Shown here: positions 30,245-39,932 of the stretch, in pieces
Layout: every line of letters begins with the position of its first letter
Position numbering within the stretch: the first letter of the stretch is position 1
Source: an uncultured Verrucomicrobia subdivision 3 bacterium
GTDB taxonomy: Bacteria > Verrucomicrobiota > Verrucomicrobiia > Limisphaerales > UBA11358
DNA: 64,000 nt
Assembly: GCA_903875465.1 (NCBI GenBank)
Contig: CAIQWB010000135.1
Span: forward strand, 8,962-72,961
Direction: 5' to 3'
The notes under the pieces: generated by a model
What the model saw: the letters and a program-made list of their open reading frames with translations, nothing else
What the model was told of the DNA's origin: nothing
Databases searched by the model: none
Made by a program: the position numbers and the translations under genes

Positions 30245-30319
30245 ATGGGCCACCAGCATCGACTGGCCCGATTCAACTTCTACCTTGCAAATCTGGCGGT
30301 AGATGCCAGTTTTACAAGG

Positions 30320-31492
30320 ATGTTAAGCCGCCATATTCACCAAGAGCTGGTCGAGGCCATTACGAACAATCCCGCCGTGGGGTTGCTGGGGCCCCGGCAG
30401 GTTGGTAAAACCACGCTGGCACTGGCGATTGGGGCGACCCGGCCATCGCTTTACCTCGACTTGGAATCGCCGGCGGACCGGGCAAAATTGTCGGACCCGG
30501 AAAGTTACCTGCCCGAGCATGAAAACGAGCTGGTGATTCTCGATGAGGTCCACCGGTTACCGGAATTATTTCAGATTTTACGAGGATTAATTGACCGGGG
30601 GCGCCGCCGGGGCAAATCGGGCGGCCAGTTTTTACTCTTGGGCTCGGCTTCCGTTGACCTGCTGAAGCAGTCCGGTGAAAGCCTGGCCGGGCGCATTTCC
30701 TATTTGGAACTGGCACCGTTTGCCCCGGTTGAAGTCGGCGGTGACCAAGCGGCTCAGCTTTGGGTGCGCGGGGGATTTCCCGCAAGTTTTCTGGCCACTA
30801 GTGACCGGCTTAGCCGCGGCTGGCGGGAGGATTTCATCCGGACCTACCTGGAGCGCGACATCTCACAATTTGGCTCCCGCATACCCGCCGAAACCTTGCG
30901 GCGATTTTGGACGATGCTGGCCCACAACCAGGCAACGCTGTTGAACGCGGCCAAGCTCGCGCAAGGTTTGGGAGTGGACGCCAAAGCGGTGGCCCGTTAT
31001 CTCGACCTGCTGGTCGATTTGCTGCTCGTACGGCGTTTGCCCGCGTGGCATCAGAATGCGGGCAAGCGGCTGGTGAAAGCCCCGAAAGTGTGGGTGCGGG
31101 ACAGCGGGCTGGCCCATGCCTTGCTGGGCATTGGGAACCAAGAGCAACTGCTGGGGCATCCCGTGGCGGGGCCAAGCTGGGAAAGTTTTGTCAGTGAATC
31201 CTTGATCGGGCTGGCCCCGCGCGGCACGGAGGCGAGTTTTTATCGAACTTCCGCCGGGGCGGAAATTGACCTCCTCCTCGCCCTGCCCGGGGGGAAATTA
31301 TGGGCGATGGAAATCAAGCGCAGTTCCGCGCCCAAGGTGGAACGGGGATTTCATATTGCCTGCGACGATCTGAAGCCGGACAAACGCTGGGTGGTTTATC
31401 CGGGTGATGACCGTTATCCGCTGGATGCCGATACCGAAGTGATCGGGTTATATGCTTTGGGGCGGCTGTTGCAGGCGGGGGAAGTGGCGTAA
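30320..31492 (+). CDS. AAA+ ATPase (AAA_14) with DUF4143 and a C-terminal PD-(D/E)XK-like region
   Basis: GPRQVGKTT, ILDEVH, LLGSAS..ESLAGR, RGGFP, TYLERD, KAPK..DSGL and EIDLL..EIK. Start taken at ATG 30320. Confidence 0.9.
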   Translation: MLSRHIHQELVEAITNNPAVGLLGPRQVGKTTLALAIGATRPSLYLDLESPADRAKLSDPESYLPEHENELVILDEVHRLPELFQILRGLIDRGRRRGKSGGQFLLLGSASVDLLKQSGESLAGRISYLELAPFAPVEVGGDQAAQLWVRGGFPASFLATSDRLSRGWREDFIRTYLERDISQFGSRIPAETLRRFWTMLAHNQATLLNAAKLAQGLGVDAKAVARYLDLLVDLLLVRRLPAWHQNAGKRLVKAPKVWVRDSGLAHALLGIGNQEQLLGHPVAGPSWESFVSESLIGLAPRGTEASFYRTSAGAEIDLLLALPGGKLWAMEIKRSSAPKVERGFHIACDDLKPDKRWVVYPGDDRYPLDADTEVIGLYALGRLLQAGEVA

Positions 31493-31614
31493 CAACATGG
31501 GAACGCGTTTTCAAATGGATACGGTTACCGAGCAAGATGGCGAAATTGTTCGAATGTATTGCCAGGGGAATCCGTGATGGGAGTATTGGTATGGTTGCGG
31601 GTGCCCGTCAGATA

Positions 31615-31737
31615 AGCGGAAGGTTTCGCGCAGAGTCGCCGAGGGCGCAGACAAAAGCACCCTGTGGCAGGCGATCGAGGGCACCAGGATTTCCGGCGAG
31701 CGCGGGAATTTTATTACAATACCATTCACCGACACCT
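31615..31737 (+). repeat. 123-bp imperfect direct repeat, copy 2
   Basis: Matches 30122-30244 (aaggtttcgcgcagag...gatttccgg.gagcgcgg.aatt...caatacc...ccgacacct). Confidence 0.9.
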
Positions 31738-31913
31738 TTTCGGATAATGCCCCCCAGGCAATCGCGGCTTTCCGGTCGTGCCTGGTTGTTCGGTCCTGAA
31801 AACCGGTGTTCGGAAGGGGGGAACTCAATGCGGGCTAACATCAGCAAACACTGCGCGGCCTCTAATTCCAATAGTATCCAACACAAACTCTACAACCCCT
31901 TAATCGGCGCCTC

Positions 31914-34900
31914 CTATTTTGTCTCGGAAGCTTCAAGATTTAAGAAATTTGAAAAACCCATTTTAAGAAGCAAATCTCGGCATTCTTCCGCAAGCCGTTT
32001 TGATGAGGAACTTGCTAATCCCTGAGAAATTAGAGGGGCGATGTCCTTAAACTGGATTGACCAACGAAGTTCATCACTCGGCTTTTTAAGAAGTGCGCAT
32101 AGCAGTTGCAACATTGCATCCAAACGAACTGGCATAGCCCCAAATTCACAAATTGTTTTTAATAGCCGGTATGAGTTGGGAGCTTTTTTTAACCGCTCAA
32201 TCGCTTGCTTGGAGTGGGTAAACCGCCATTCAAACGGGAAACATTCGCAGCCTAGCCAATCAGTGGACTCGGAAAGTTCAGCCGCATATTCAGAAATTAG
32301 CGCTTCGTCCTTTTGGAGATTTTTTTTAATCGTTTCAAATCGCCGCTCCCACAAGTGCATAACGCGAGCAATAATTTTTCCATCCAGCCCCTCATCAGGC
32401 GGCTTATCAAAAAGCGTTGCAATTTGGCCTATGACATGCGCACAGGTTTTTTTAGAAGCGCATGAAAAGAATTTATCCATCGCGGCTTCAGCATCTTTTA
32501 CGGGAATTGATTCACTCCAATAATAGCAAGCTATATGGATTCCAAGCCTTGATCCGAATTCCCGACGGGCATTTTTTGTGTCATTATCTACTTCTTTTTG
32601 CAATTCTCCCAATATACTAATCGCCGTATCCAGCAGTTGCGGAAATGTTTGTATGATTACATTCCACGGATGGTCGTATATGAAATAGGCAATTACGGCC
32701 GCCGACCGATGCTCATTTCGGCCGGTCGGAAATAAGAGATCGGGTGCCCCTTTTAGCTTACCTCCAAAAAGGTGTGTCAGAAAACGCAATTTAGACCCTA
32801 AAAGGGCGAAAATTGCCGGAGACTCTTTAGGGTGCTGAACCCGAGCGCGAATCAACTCAAATATCCATGGATCAATTTCTCTACCCGCATTTTTCTGACG
32901 CAAGGCAAAATTGAGCAGGGCTTCGATCATCTGCCCGCGAATGGAATTGATCGCAGTTGTGATCCAATCACCAAATGGATTACTATTTTCAGCCAACCGT
33001 GTGTCTTCCGCTTCAATCAAATTGCGTAGTAACTCGGGAAGCTCCTGGGAATAGGCGTCTGGCAAAGAGTAAGTGGATTTTAAGGAATCGCCCAAAAATC
33101 TAACCGTGGTATCCAACGACCACCCCTTCGCGACGATCCATTTTGCGATTCCCATCCAATTCGCCCAATCGTTTTCTGATGGTTGAGTAACGGCTGGCTG
33201 GGTGCTATCAGCACCGGCTTTTAGGCGTCCCGTGGCGTTTTCGAGAACCTTGTTGAGTATATCAGGGCGGTGAATGTTCTCCCACCACCTAGTTTCAGGA
33301 TTAAATCGGCTCGGATGCTTTTGAAGCAATTCAACAAATTTTGCTGCAACTCCGTAAATATCTTGGTGGGCTGCTTTCAGCGGAGAATTAAAATTCATTT
33401 TGGTTCCCATGTATTTAAGAACTCCCACAAGTCTTTATCGCTCATTGATTCGAGGTTGTCAGCTTCGGGAGGTGCGACGCTTTCGACCGCCCCGCCGACC
33501 ACACCCCCAGAAACAAAAGGCCGATAGCTTTGAAGATTAATCTTGCTGCCATCCTGAACTAAGGCTTTGAAATTTAAAGCTTGTTCGCCTCGGAGCAATG
33601 GCTCAATCGGCCATAATTGCTTTCGGCAAAAAGCATCTTTGAAATCCTCTATGATGGTGCCGTTCCTATCAACTGGGCCTGGGAGGACGGCCGCCACAAA
33701 TTGCTCAACCTCTTTGGGCGAGAGGAAAGCATCACCATATTGTTTTACATGCGCATGCAGAAGCTGCGCAAATTCGTAATCGTGACACCCACGACCGTAA
33801 TCTATTTCGTTCAAGTAGGGGATTCGTTGAAGCACTTCGCTTCGGGCAAATTCAAGCGTAACGGATGGAAAATCTGCATAAAGCTGCCAGCGAACGCGGC
33901 GGAAAAGTTGGCATGAGTTTGACCGCAACAGGCGGTCGAGTTCATCTATGTCAACTGAATTGCCATTTTTGAAGATTTGTTCTGCCGCCAAATAGAGGCG
34001 CAGCGCCAAAATTCCCTCGACCCCCCTATGAAGCGCCGGGGGGCTTTTAAAATCCTCCTGCCAATAAGAAAACGGCGCATCCTCCGTAAGCTCAGTCGCT
34101 GAATATCGGCTTCGTTCCTGGGCAGCCCATTTGCAAAGAGCCTGAAACGTCAACTTGGCAACGTCCATTGGGCTTTGAACCGTCAATCGCCCTAAAAATT
34201 TTTCATCAACCTGACTTGTTAACCAGGCGTTTGAATCAACTGAGTATTCCGAAAATGACAATTCGACCGCGCAATTCATGTATCCGTCGAGAATGGAAAA
34301 AATCTCAGGATGAACATCCAACTCAATCCACGATGAAAGAAGCTCGACTATCCAAAGCCACCCGGTGCGAGTTGGATTTTCCCCCAATTGGTTAATGAGC
34401 GGCCCAAGTTGTCTTATACAATCACATGAACGAATTTTTGCCATACATTGGAGAACTTGGTCTCCAATGGTTGAGTTATTCGGCAGTTTCAATTTTATTA
34501 ATATGCTCGTGACCTCCTGGGGGAAAGCATCTGCCAGATGCGTTAGCGACAATAAAGGCGGGTGATGTCGGTACACGATCTGACCATTTTCAGTTTTTTC
34601 AGCCTCGGGCAAATTGTCGAAAAAGGATTCTTGATCCAGCAAAGGAAGCCACTGGCTATTCGTCAATTTCTCAAAGAAGAATGTATAATTTGCGGTTTTA
34701 TGTGAGATTAAATCGTTAACTCTTGCCAGAGTTCCAACGCTTGGCGGTGACTGCATTAGTTCAATCAATTCCTTTTGTTGAGCGGCGGTGCATGGTGTCA
34801 GATAGTTTAAAAGCAGAGTCTCAAAAAGTTCCAGTTGTCTTAAAAACTTCTCTTCGGCTGGTGTTGAATTGTGGTGGGCAACGTTTTGAAAAAAGCTCAC

Positions 34901-35404
34901 CAAATCCTGAAATTCTGTGTCGCGCTCTTTTCGCCAGTCTTTGGACATGAAATCAGCTTGGGGATCAGTAGCTGTTAAGGCACGGCCGAATCGTTTGGTG
35001 CGAGGGGGTTCTTTGCAAAGGTTTTCAAAATTGCATAAGATTTTTCCAAGCGGTTCAGATATGGTTTCTCCGCTCCATCCGCTTTTGTAAGAGACTTGCC
35101 TAATATTCAGAAATTGCGGGGCAAATTGTTTTAAAGTACTAACTGGATTTTTAGATTCAGGAATATTTGAAATGATTTTCGGGATTCTGTCGCAAAGCTC
35201 ACGAATTAAATGAGCGGCCTGAGCGACCTTATCGCTTGATCTCGAATTTAGAATCTGGATGGCTCCTTCGTACCATTCATGTAGCTTCGCCCGATCTGTC
35301 GAGAGGCTTTTTAGCAATTCAAATACGTCGCTTTGCCGCCGGCCAAGGGCCAGCGGCAATGTTGTATCCCCTATTCCGAGATTCGCTTCTTTATTTTCTT
35401 CCAC
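31914..35404 (-). pseudogene. Large AT-rich helical protein gene (~1160 aa), apparently frameshifted into 669-aa and ~500-aa ORFs; possibly defence-related
   Basis: ORFs 33395-35404 and 31914-33428 overlap. The junction reads TGG GAA CCA AAA TGA versus AAA ATG AAT, so one extra A in the A-run would fuse them. Visibly lower GC than the flanks. Confidence 0.6.
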
Positions 35405-35495
35405 AAGAATTCAATGATCCGAATTTTCCACAACTCAGGACTTTACGAGAATATGGCCAAGTGGTCAAACCATGATGAAATGATATAACGATTAC

Positions 35496-35684
35496 ATGGC
35501 TTCATTGCGGCTTCCCCGCGTCAAACGCTCGCCGGAAATTCCGGCCTTAATCTTGACCGAACGCGACCGAGAGATTCTTCGCCATGTTTATCGTCATCGT
35601 TTTTACGTACGGATCATCTGGCCGCATTCCCCCAAATGGCCCCTCGCACTTCGGAAAGTCTGGTTGAAGGCGGAAATAGTTTAG
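35496..35684 (+). pseudogene. Truncated replication-relaxation family protein (N-terminal stub)
   Basis: LTERDREILRHVYRHRF matches the family's N-terminal wHTH start; similarity is lost immediately afterwards. Confidence 0.6.
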
Positions 35685-35756
35685 CTCCGATTGCGGCGTT
35701 ATAACTGTGGCGCGGTTGTATCTCAACAACGCAAGTTTGGGCGCGGCTTGCCTGTG

Positions 35757-36321
35757 AAGGGGTCAGTCCTTGAAAAATGACAATAATTCATTTTCCCTCC
35801 TCTGCCGGTAGTTCAGCCAGGCTTTTTTTGAGTTGCCCCAAACGTCGTCCGGGCTGTCGCCGCAGGCGGCTGACCGCTTGCGTGACCCGCGTATAGTGCC
35901 CCCTCCCCAAGCGGGTGGCCACCCAGCGGAGGGATACCGTCGTCCGCTCCCGCAGCCACCAGGCCAGCGCCACTTTCTCCGGGGCGTCCTTCTGCCATCG
36001 CGCACAGGTGCCTTGCAACCATTTCATGCCCGCCACCAGATTGCCTTCGGGTGTTTCCAGCAGAAGGTGATAATGATTGCCCATCAGCACGCACGCATGA
36101 ATCCGCCAGCCGGTTTTGACCTGGGCCTCGGCCAGCGTGGCCAGCCACACCCGCCGGTCCCGGTCATCCCGGAAAATCGGCTGCCCCTGATTCCCCCGCG
36201 CCATGACATGATACACCGCGCCGGCATATTCAATCCGCAAGGGTCGGGCCATATCCCATCCTTAAACCCGCCGAAAGCCACTGTCAACCGCCAATTGTCA
36301 CTTTTCTAGGACTGACCCTTT
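35757..36321. mobile_element. 565-bp element bounded by 28-bp inverted repeats, carrying a deleted Y1 transposase
   Basis: Left end aaggggtcagtccttgaaaaatgacaat (35757-35784); reverse complement of 36294-36321 is aaagggtcagtcctagaaaagtgacaat (25/28 identical). Confidence 0.8.
35788..36252 (-). pseudogene. REP-associated-type (Y1/HUH) transposase with in-frame internal deletion
   Basis: MARPLR..YHVMARGN..IF..D..MGNHYHLL (HUH) ..WLQGT then jumps to a C-terminal HTH-like segment. The expected GHLFQGR and Tyr..NP catalytic region is absent. Confidence 0.8.
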
Positions 36322-36519
36322 CAAGCTGCAAAAACAACGGCGTTTTCGGGTAATGTGCGGGTCGTGATTGATGGCGCGTTGTCCGATTACGACATACTCT
36401 CCATTACTTGCCTGAGCCCGGTTGAGCCAATTGTGATTGCCCGGTCAATTTCACCGTTGCTTTCCCCTCACTGTTAACCGGGGCGAAGCCGAACGCACCC
36501 AACTGGTCGCGAACCGGGT

Positions 36520-37476
36520 TCACTTCCAATACGGGCACCGCACCCACCGGCCCGGCTCCACTTCGAGCAATTCCGGCAGGCTGGCGGAGCATTCGGGCCG
36601 GGCAATCGGGCACCGGGGCGCAAAACGGCAGCCGGGCGGAAAATTGCCGATGCGCGGCACATTGCCGGGGATGGCGGAAAGGCGGTCCTGGCTGCCGCGG
36701 AGTTTGGGCACGGAATTCATCAGGGCCCGGGTGTACGGATGCAACGGCCGGCGCAGCAATTCCCGCGCGGGGGCCAGTTCCACGATCTGCCCGGCGTACA
36801 TCACCGCCACGCGGTCGGCCAGGTCGCCCACAATGCCGAGGTTGTGGGTGATGAGCAAAATCGCCATGCCGAGCCGCTGCTTGAGGTCGCGCAGCAAATC
36901 CAGAATCTGCGCCTGGATCGTCACATCCAGCGCCGTGGTGGGTTCATCGGCCACCAGCAATTGCGGTTCGCTGGCCAGGGCCATGGCAATCATCACGCGC
37001 TGCTGCATGCCGCCGGACATTTCAAAGGGGTAATTGCGCAAGCGCTGTTCCGGGGCGGGAATGCCGACGAGCTTGAGCAGGCGAATCACCTCGGCATCGG
37101 TCGCGCGGCCGGGCTGGTGCAATTTGAGTGATTCCTGGATCTGGTTGCCGACGCGGAACACGGGATTCAAGGAGGCGCCGGGTTCTTGAAAAATGTAACT
37201 CACCACTTTGCCGCGGATGGCGCGCAGTTCCGCGGTGGACATCCGGAGGACGTCCTGCCCATTGAGCCAGATTTCCCCGCCGGCATACCGGGCCGGGGGC
37301 GTGGGCACGAGACGGGCAATGGACTGGGCGGTGACACTCTTGCCACAGCCGCTTTCCCCGACCAGGCAGACCGTTTCACCCGCCGCCAGGGTTAACGACA
37401 AATCATCGACTGCCCGGGCGGCAGCGGCACCGGCACCGAAGTCCAGTTTCAGGTTTTTAATTTCCAGCAGAGCCAT
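36520..37476 (-). CDS. oppD: Oligopeptide/dipeptide ABC transporter ATP-binding protein (OppD/DppD-type)
   Basis: [46 protein letters not shown] and GCRFAPRC. Confidence 0.9.
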   Translation of the reverse strand: MALLEIKNLKLDFGAGAAAARAVDDLSLTLAAGETVCLVGESGCGKSVTAQSIARLVPTPPARYAGGEIWLNGQDVLRMSTAELRAIRGKVVSYIFQEPGASLNPVFRVGNQIQESLKLHQPGRATDAEVIRLLKLVGIPAPEQRLRNYPFEMSGGMQQRVMIAMALASEPQLLVADEPTTALDVTIQAQILDLLRDLKQRLGMAILLITHNLGIVGDLADRVAVMYAGQIVELAPARELLRRPLHPYTRALMNSVPKLRGSQDRLSAIPGNVPRIGNFPPGCRFAPRCPIARPECSASLPELLEVEPGRWVRCPYWK

Positions 37477-37649
37477 GGAGCGTAAAATTCACCTTAAATT
37501 CACTTTAAATTAACCCTAATCGGCCTCAAGGGTTACCGCATGCCCGCCGCCTTGGAAAGCCTGAATCCCCGTCCGGTGCCGAAAAAGTTTCCTTTGTGCC
37601 GGGCGACCACCTTGCTTAAAGTATCGCAATTGGAATCCAGTAACACACT

Positions 37650-39917
37650 ATGAGTCACAAATGGAAATTTTTTCGGGCGGGCGGTTTTGACCAGGTCAAG
37701 CTGGAAACCGGCGCGGATCTGGCCAATCTGGACCAGCTGGACCAAAAGTTGTGGGTGGCCCTGGCCTGCCCCACGACCGGCCTGGAGTTTGACAGCCGCA
37801 CCCTGCAATTCATCGACACAGACAAGGACGGGCGGGTCCGCGCCAGCGAGATCATCGCGGCCGCCAAATGGGCCACGGGACTGCTGAAAAATCCGGATGA
37901 CCTGGTACGGCCGGGGACGGCGCTGCCACTGGCCGCGATTAATGACGCCACGCTGGAGGGCCGGCAAATTCTGGCCTCGGCCCGGCAAACCCTGATTCAT
38001 CTGGGCCGCGCGAATGATCCCACGATCGCGCTGGAGGACACGACGGACACGGCGAAAATCTTTGCCGCCACGAACTTTAATGGCGATGGCATCATTCCGG
38101 TGGACGCGGGCGCGGACGACGCCACCAAGGCGGTGATCACCGAGGTGATCGTCCTCCTGGGTGCGGTGCCGGACCGGAGCGGGAAGCCGGGGATCAACCA
38201 GGCCAAAGTGGACGCTTTTTTCGCCGCCGCCCAGGCGTATGCGGACTGGTGGCGGGTGGCGGAGGTGGACCCGCTGATTCTGCCTTTGGGCGAGGCGACG
38301 ACGACGGCGGTGGCGGCCTGGCGGGCGGTGAAGGCCAAGGTGGATGATTACTTTTCCCGCTGCCGCCTGGCCGCGTTTGATCCCCGGTCCCTGACGGCAG
38401 TGAACCGGCCGGAGGCGGATTATTTACTGCTGTGCCAGAAGGATCTCTCGGCCAGTGCGGCCGAAGTGGCCGGTTTCCCGATCTCGCAAGTGGCGGCGGG
38501 CAAGCCATTGTCGCTGGTGGAAGCGGCGAATCCCGCCTGGGCCGGCGCCCTGGCGACGTTCCAGAACACGGTGGTCAAGCCCTGGCTGGGCGAGGTGACC
38601 ACCCTCACGGAAGCCGACTGGGCCGCCCTGAACGCGCGGTTCGCGGCGTATGAAGCGTGGTATGCGGCCAAGACGGGTGCGCTGGTGGAACCCCTGGGCC
38701 TGCCGCGCGTACGGGCCATCCTGGCCAGCCCGGCCCAAGCCACGTTGACGGCCCTCATCCAGCAAGATCAATCCCTGGAGACCGAATCCATCACGATTGC
38801 CTCGGTGGAGAAACTGGTCCGTTATTATTTGCACCTGCACAAATTGTGCGTGAATTTCGTTAATTTTACGAATTTCTACCGGCGCACGGAACCGGCCATC
38901 TTCCAAGCGGGCACCCTGTTCCTGGACCAGCGGAGTTGCGACTTGTGCCTGACGGTGGATGATGCGACGAAGCATTCGGTGATGGCCGGGCTGGCGGGGG
39001 CTTACCTGGCATATTGTGATTGTGTGCGCAAAAGCACGGGCGAAAAGCAGAGCATTGTGGCGGTGTTTTCGCAGGGGGATGACGATAATTTGATGATTGG
39101 CCGGAATGGCATTTTCTACGACCGCAAAGGCCGGGACTTCGATGCCACCATCACGAAAATTATTACCAATCCGATCAGTCTGCGTCAGGCGTTTTGGTCG
39201 CCCTACAAAAAACTGGTGCGGTTGATCGAAGAACAAGTGGCGAAGCGCGCGGCGGACGCGGATGCGGATGTGAACAGCACGCTGGCGACCACGGCGGCAG
39301 CCCCGACGGCGGCTCCGGCGAAAATGAAATTTGATCCGAGCGTGATCGCCCTGATCAGCGTGGCGCTGGGCAGTTTGTCGGCGGCGTTTGCCTCGGTGCT
39401 GCTCTTCATGGGCAAGTTTGATCCCTGGCAAATTCCGCTGGTTTTGGGCGGCATCATGCTGATCATCTCGACGCCGTCATTGATCCTGGCCTACATGAAA
39501 TTACGGAAGCGCAATCTGGGTCCGATGCTGGATGCAAATGGCTGGGCGGTGAACGCGAAGGCGAAGATTAACGTACCGCTGGGGACCAGTTTGACGGGCA
39601 TCGCGAAACTGCCGCCGGATTCCGTGGTGGATGTGGCGGGCGACACGTTTGCGCAGCATTCCGCCCGGTGGCCGAAATTTCTCTTCACGGCATTTATCCT
39701 GGCGTGGCTCTATGCGTTCGTGGATGAAACCGGGGTGCTCTGGAGCCTCTCAAGCGGGGCTTATGGCCAAAAATCGGCCGCCCAACGGCAAAAGGATGAG
39801 GATGCCAAGACCAAGGCGGAAACCGCCGCCGCGAACGCGACGGCGGCCGCAGCCAAAGCCGCTGCCGGGAGTGGCACGACGGCCACGGCCACCACCAATG
39901 CACCGGCGGCGAAATGA
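37650..39917 (+). CDS. Conserved hypothetical membrane protein with EF-hand-like loop
   Basis: 755 aa; DTDKDGRVRASE loop; C-terminal TM helices; Ala/Thr-rich tail. Confidence 0.75.
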   Translation: MSHKWKFFRAGGFDQVKLETGADLANLDQLDQKLWVALACPTTGLEFDSRTLQFIDTDKDGRVRASEIIAAAKWATGLLKNPDDLVRPGTALPLAAINDATLEGRQILASARQTLIHLGRANDPTIALEDTTDTAKIFAATNFNGDGIIPVDAGADDATKAVITEVIVLLGAVPDRSGKPGINQAKVDAFFAAAQAYADWWRVAEVDPLILPLGEATTTAVAAWRAVKAKVDDYFSRCRLAAFDPRSLTAVNRPEADYLLLCQKDLSASAAEVAGFPISQVAAGKPLSLVEAANPAWAGALATFQNTVVKPWLGEVTTLTEADWAALNARFAAYEAWYAAKTGALVEPLGLPRVRAILASPAQATLTALIQQDQSLETESITIASVEKLVRYYLHLHKLCVNFVNFTNFYRRTEPAIFQAGTLFLDQRSCDLCLTVDDATKHSVMAGLAGAYLAYCDCVRKSTGEKQSIVAVFSQGDDDNLMIGRNGIFYDRKGRDFDATITKIITNPISLRQAFWSPYKKLVRLIEEQVAKRAADADADVNSTLATTAAAPTAAPAKMKFDPSVIALISVALGSLSAAFASVLLFMGKFDPWQIPLVLGGIMLIISTPSLILAYMKLRKRNLGPMLDANGWAVNAKAKINVPLGTSLTGIAKLPPDSVVDVAGDTFAQHSARWPKFLFTAFILAWLYAFVDETGVLWSLSSGAYGQKSAAQRQKDEDAKTKAETAAANATAAAAKAAAGSGTTATATTNAPAAK

Positions 39918-39932
39918 TGACCGGCCTGACGC

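Larger units (their letters stand above)
29129..36519. mobile_element. Accessory island (~7.4 kb) between the oppD-like and oppF-like genes
   Basis: Normally adjacent ATPase paralogs are separated by repeats, gene remnants, an AT-rich gene and a transposase derivative. No integrase seen; boundaries approximate. Confidence 0.65.

Noticed and set aside
29873-30319. 149-aa N-terminal extension of the AAA+ ATPase in the ORF track
   Set aside because: Runs through a pseudogene remnant and the direct repeat; family similarity starts at ATG 30320.
31511-32025. Short ORFs 31511-31828, 31608-31886 and 31537-32025
   Set aside because: They overlap the non-coding direct repeat, and the frames are not convincingly preserved as a protein family between the two copies.
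35526-35545. 14-bp match (cgctcgccggaaat) between the relaxase stub and the reverse complement of repeat copy 2
   Set aside because: A single 14-mer match within a 7 kb region is plausible by chance, and the flanks do not align.
39770-39917. Ala/Thr-rich low-complexity repeat at the end of the 755-aa gene
   Set aside because: Ordinary disordered protein tail, not a DNA repeat element.
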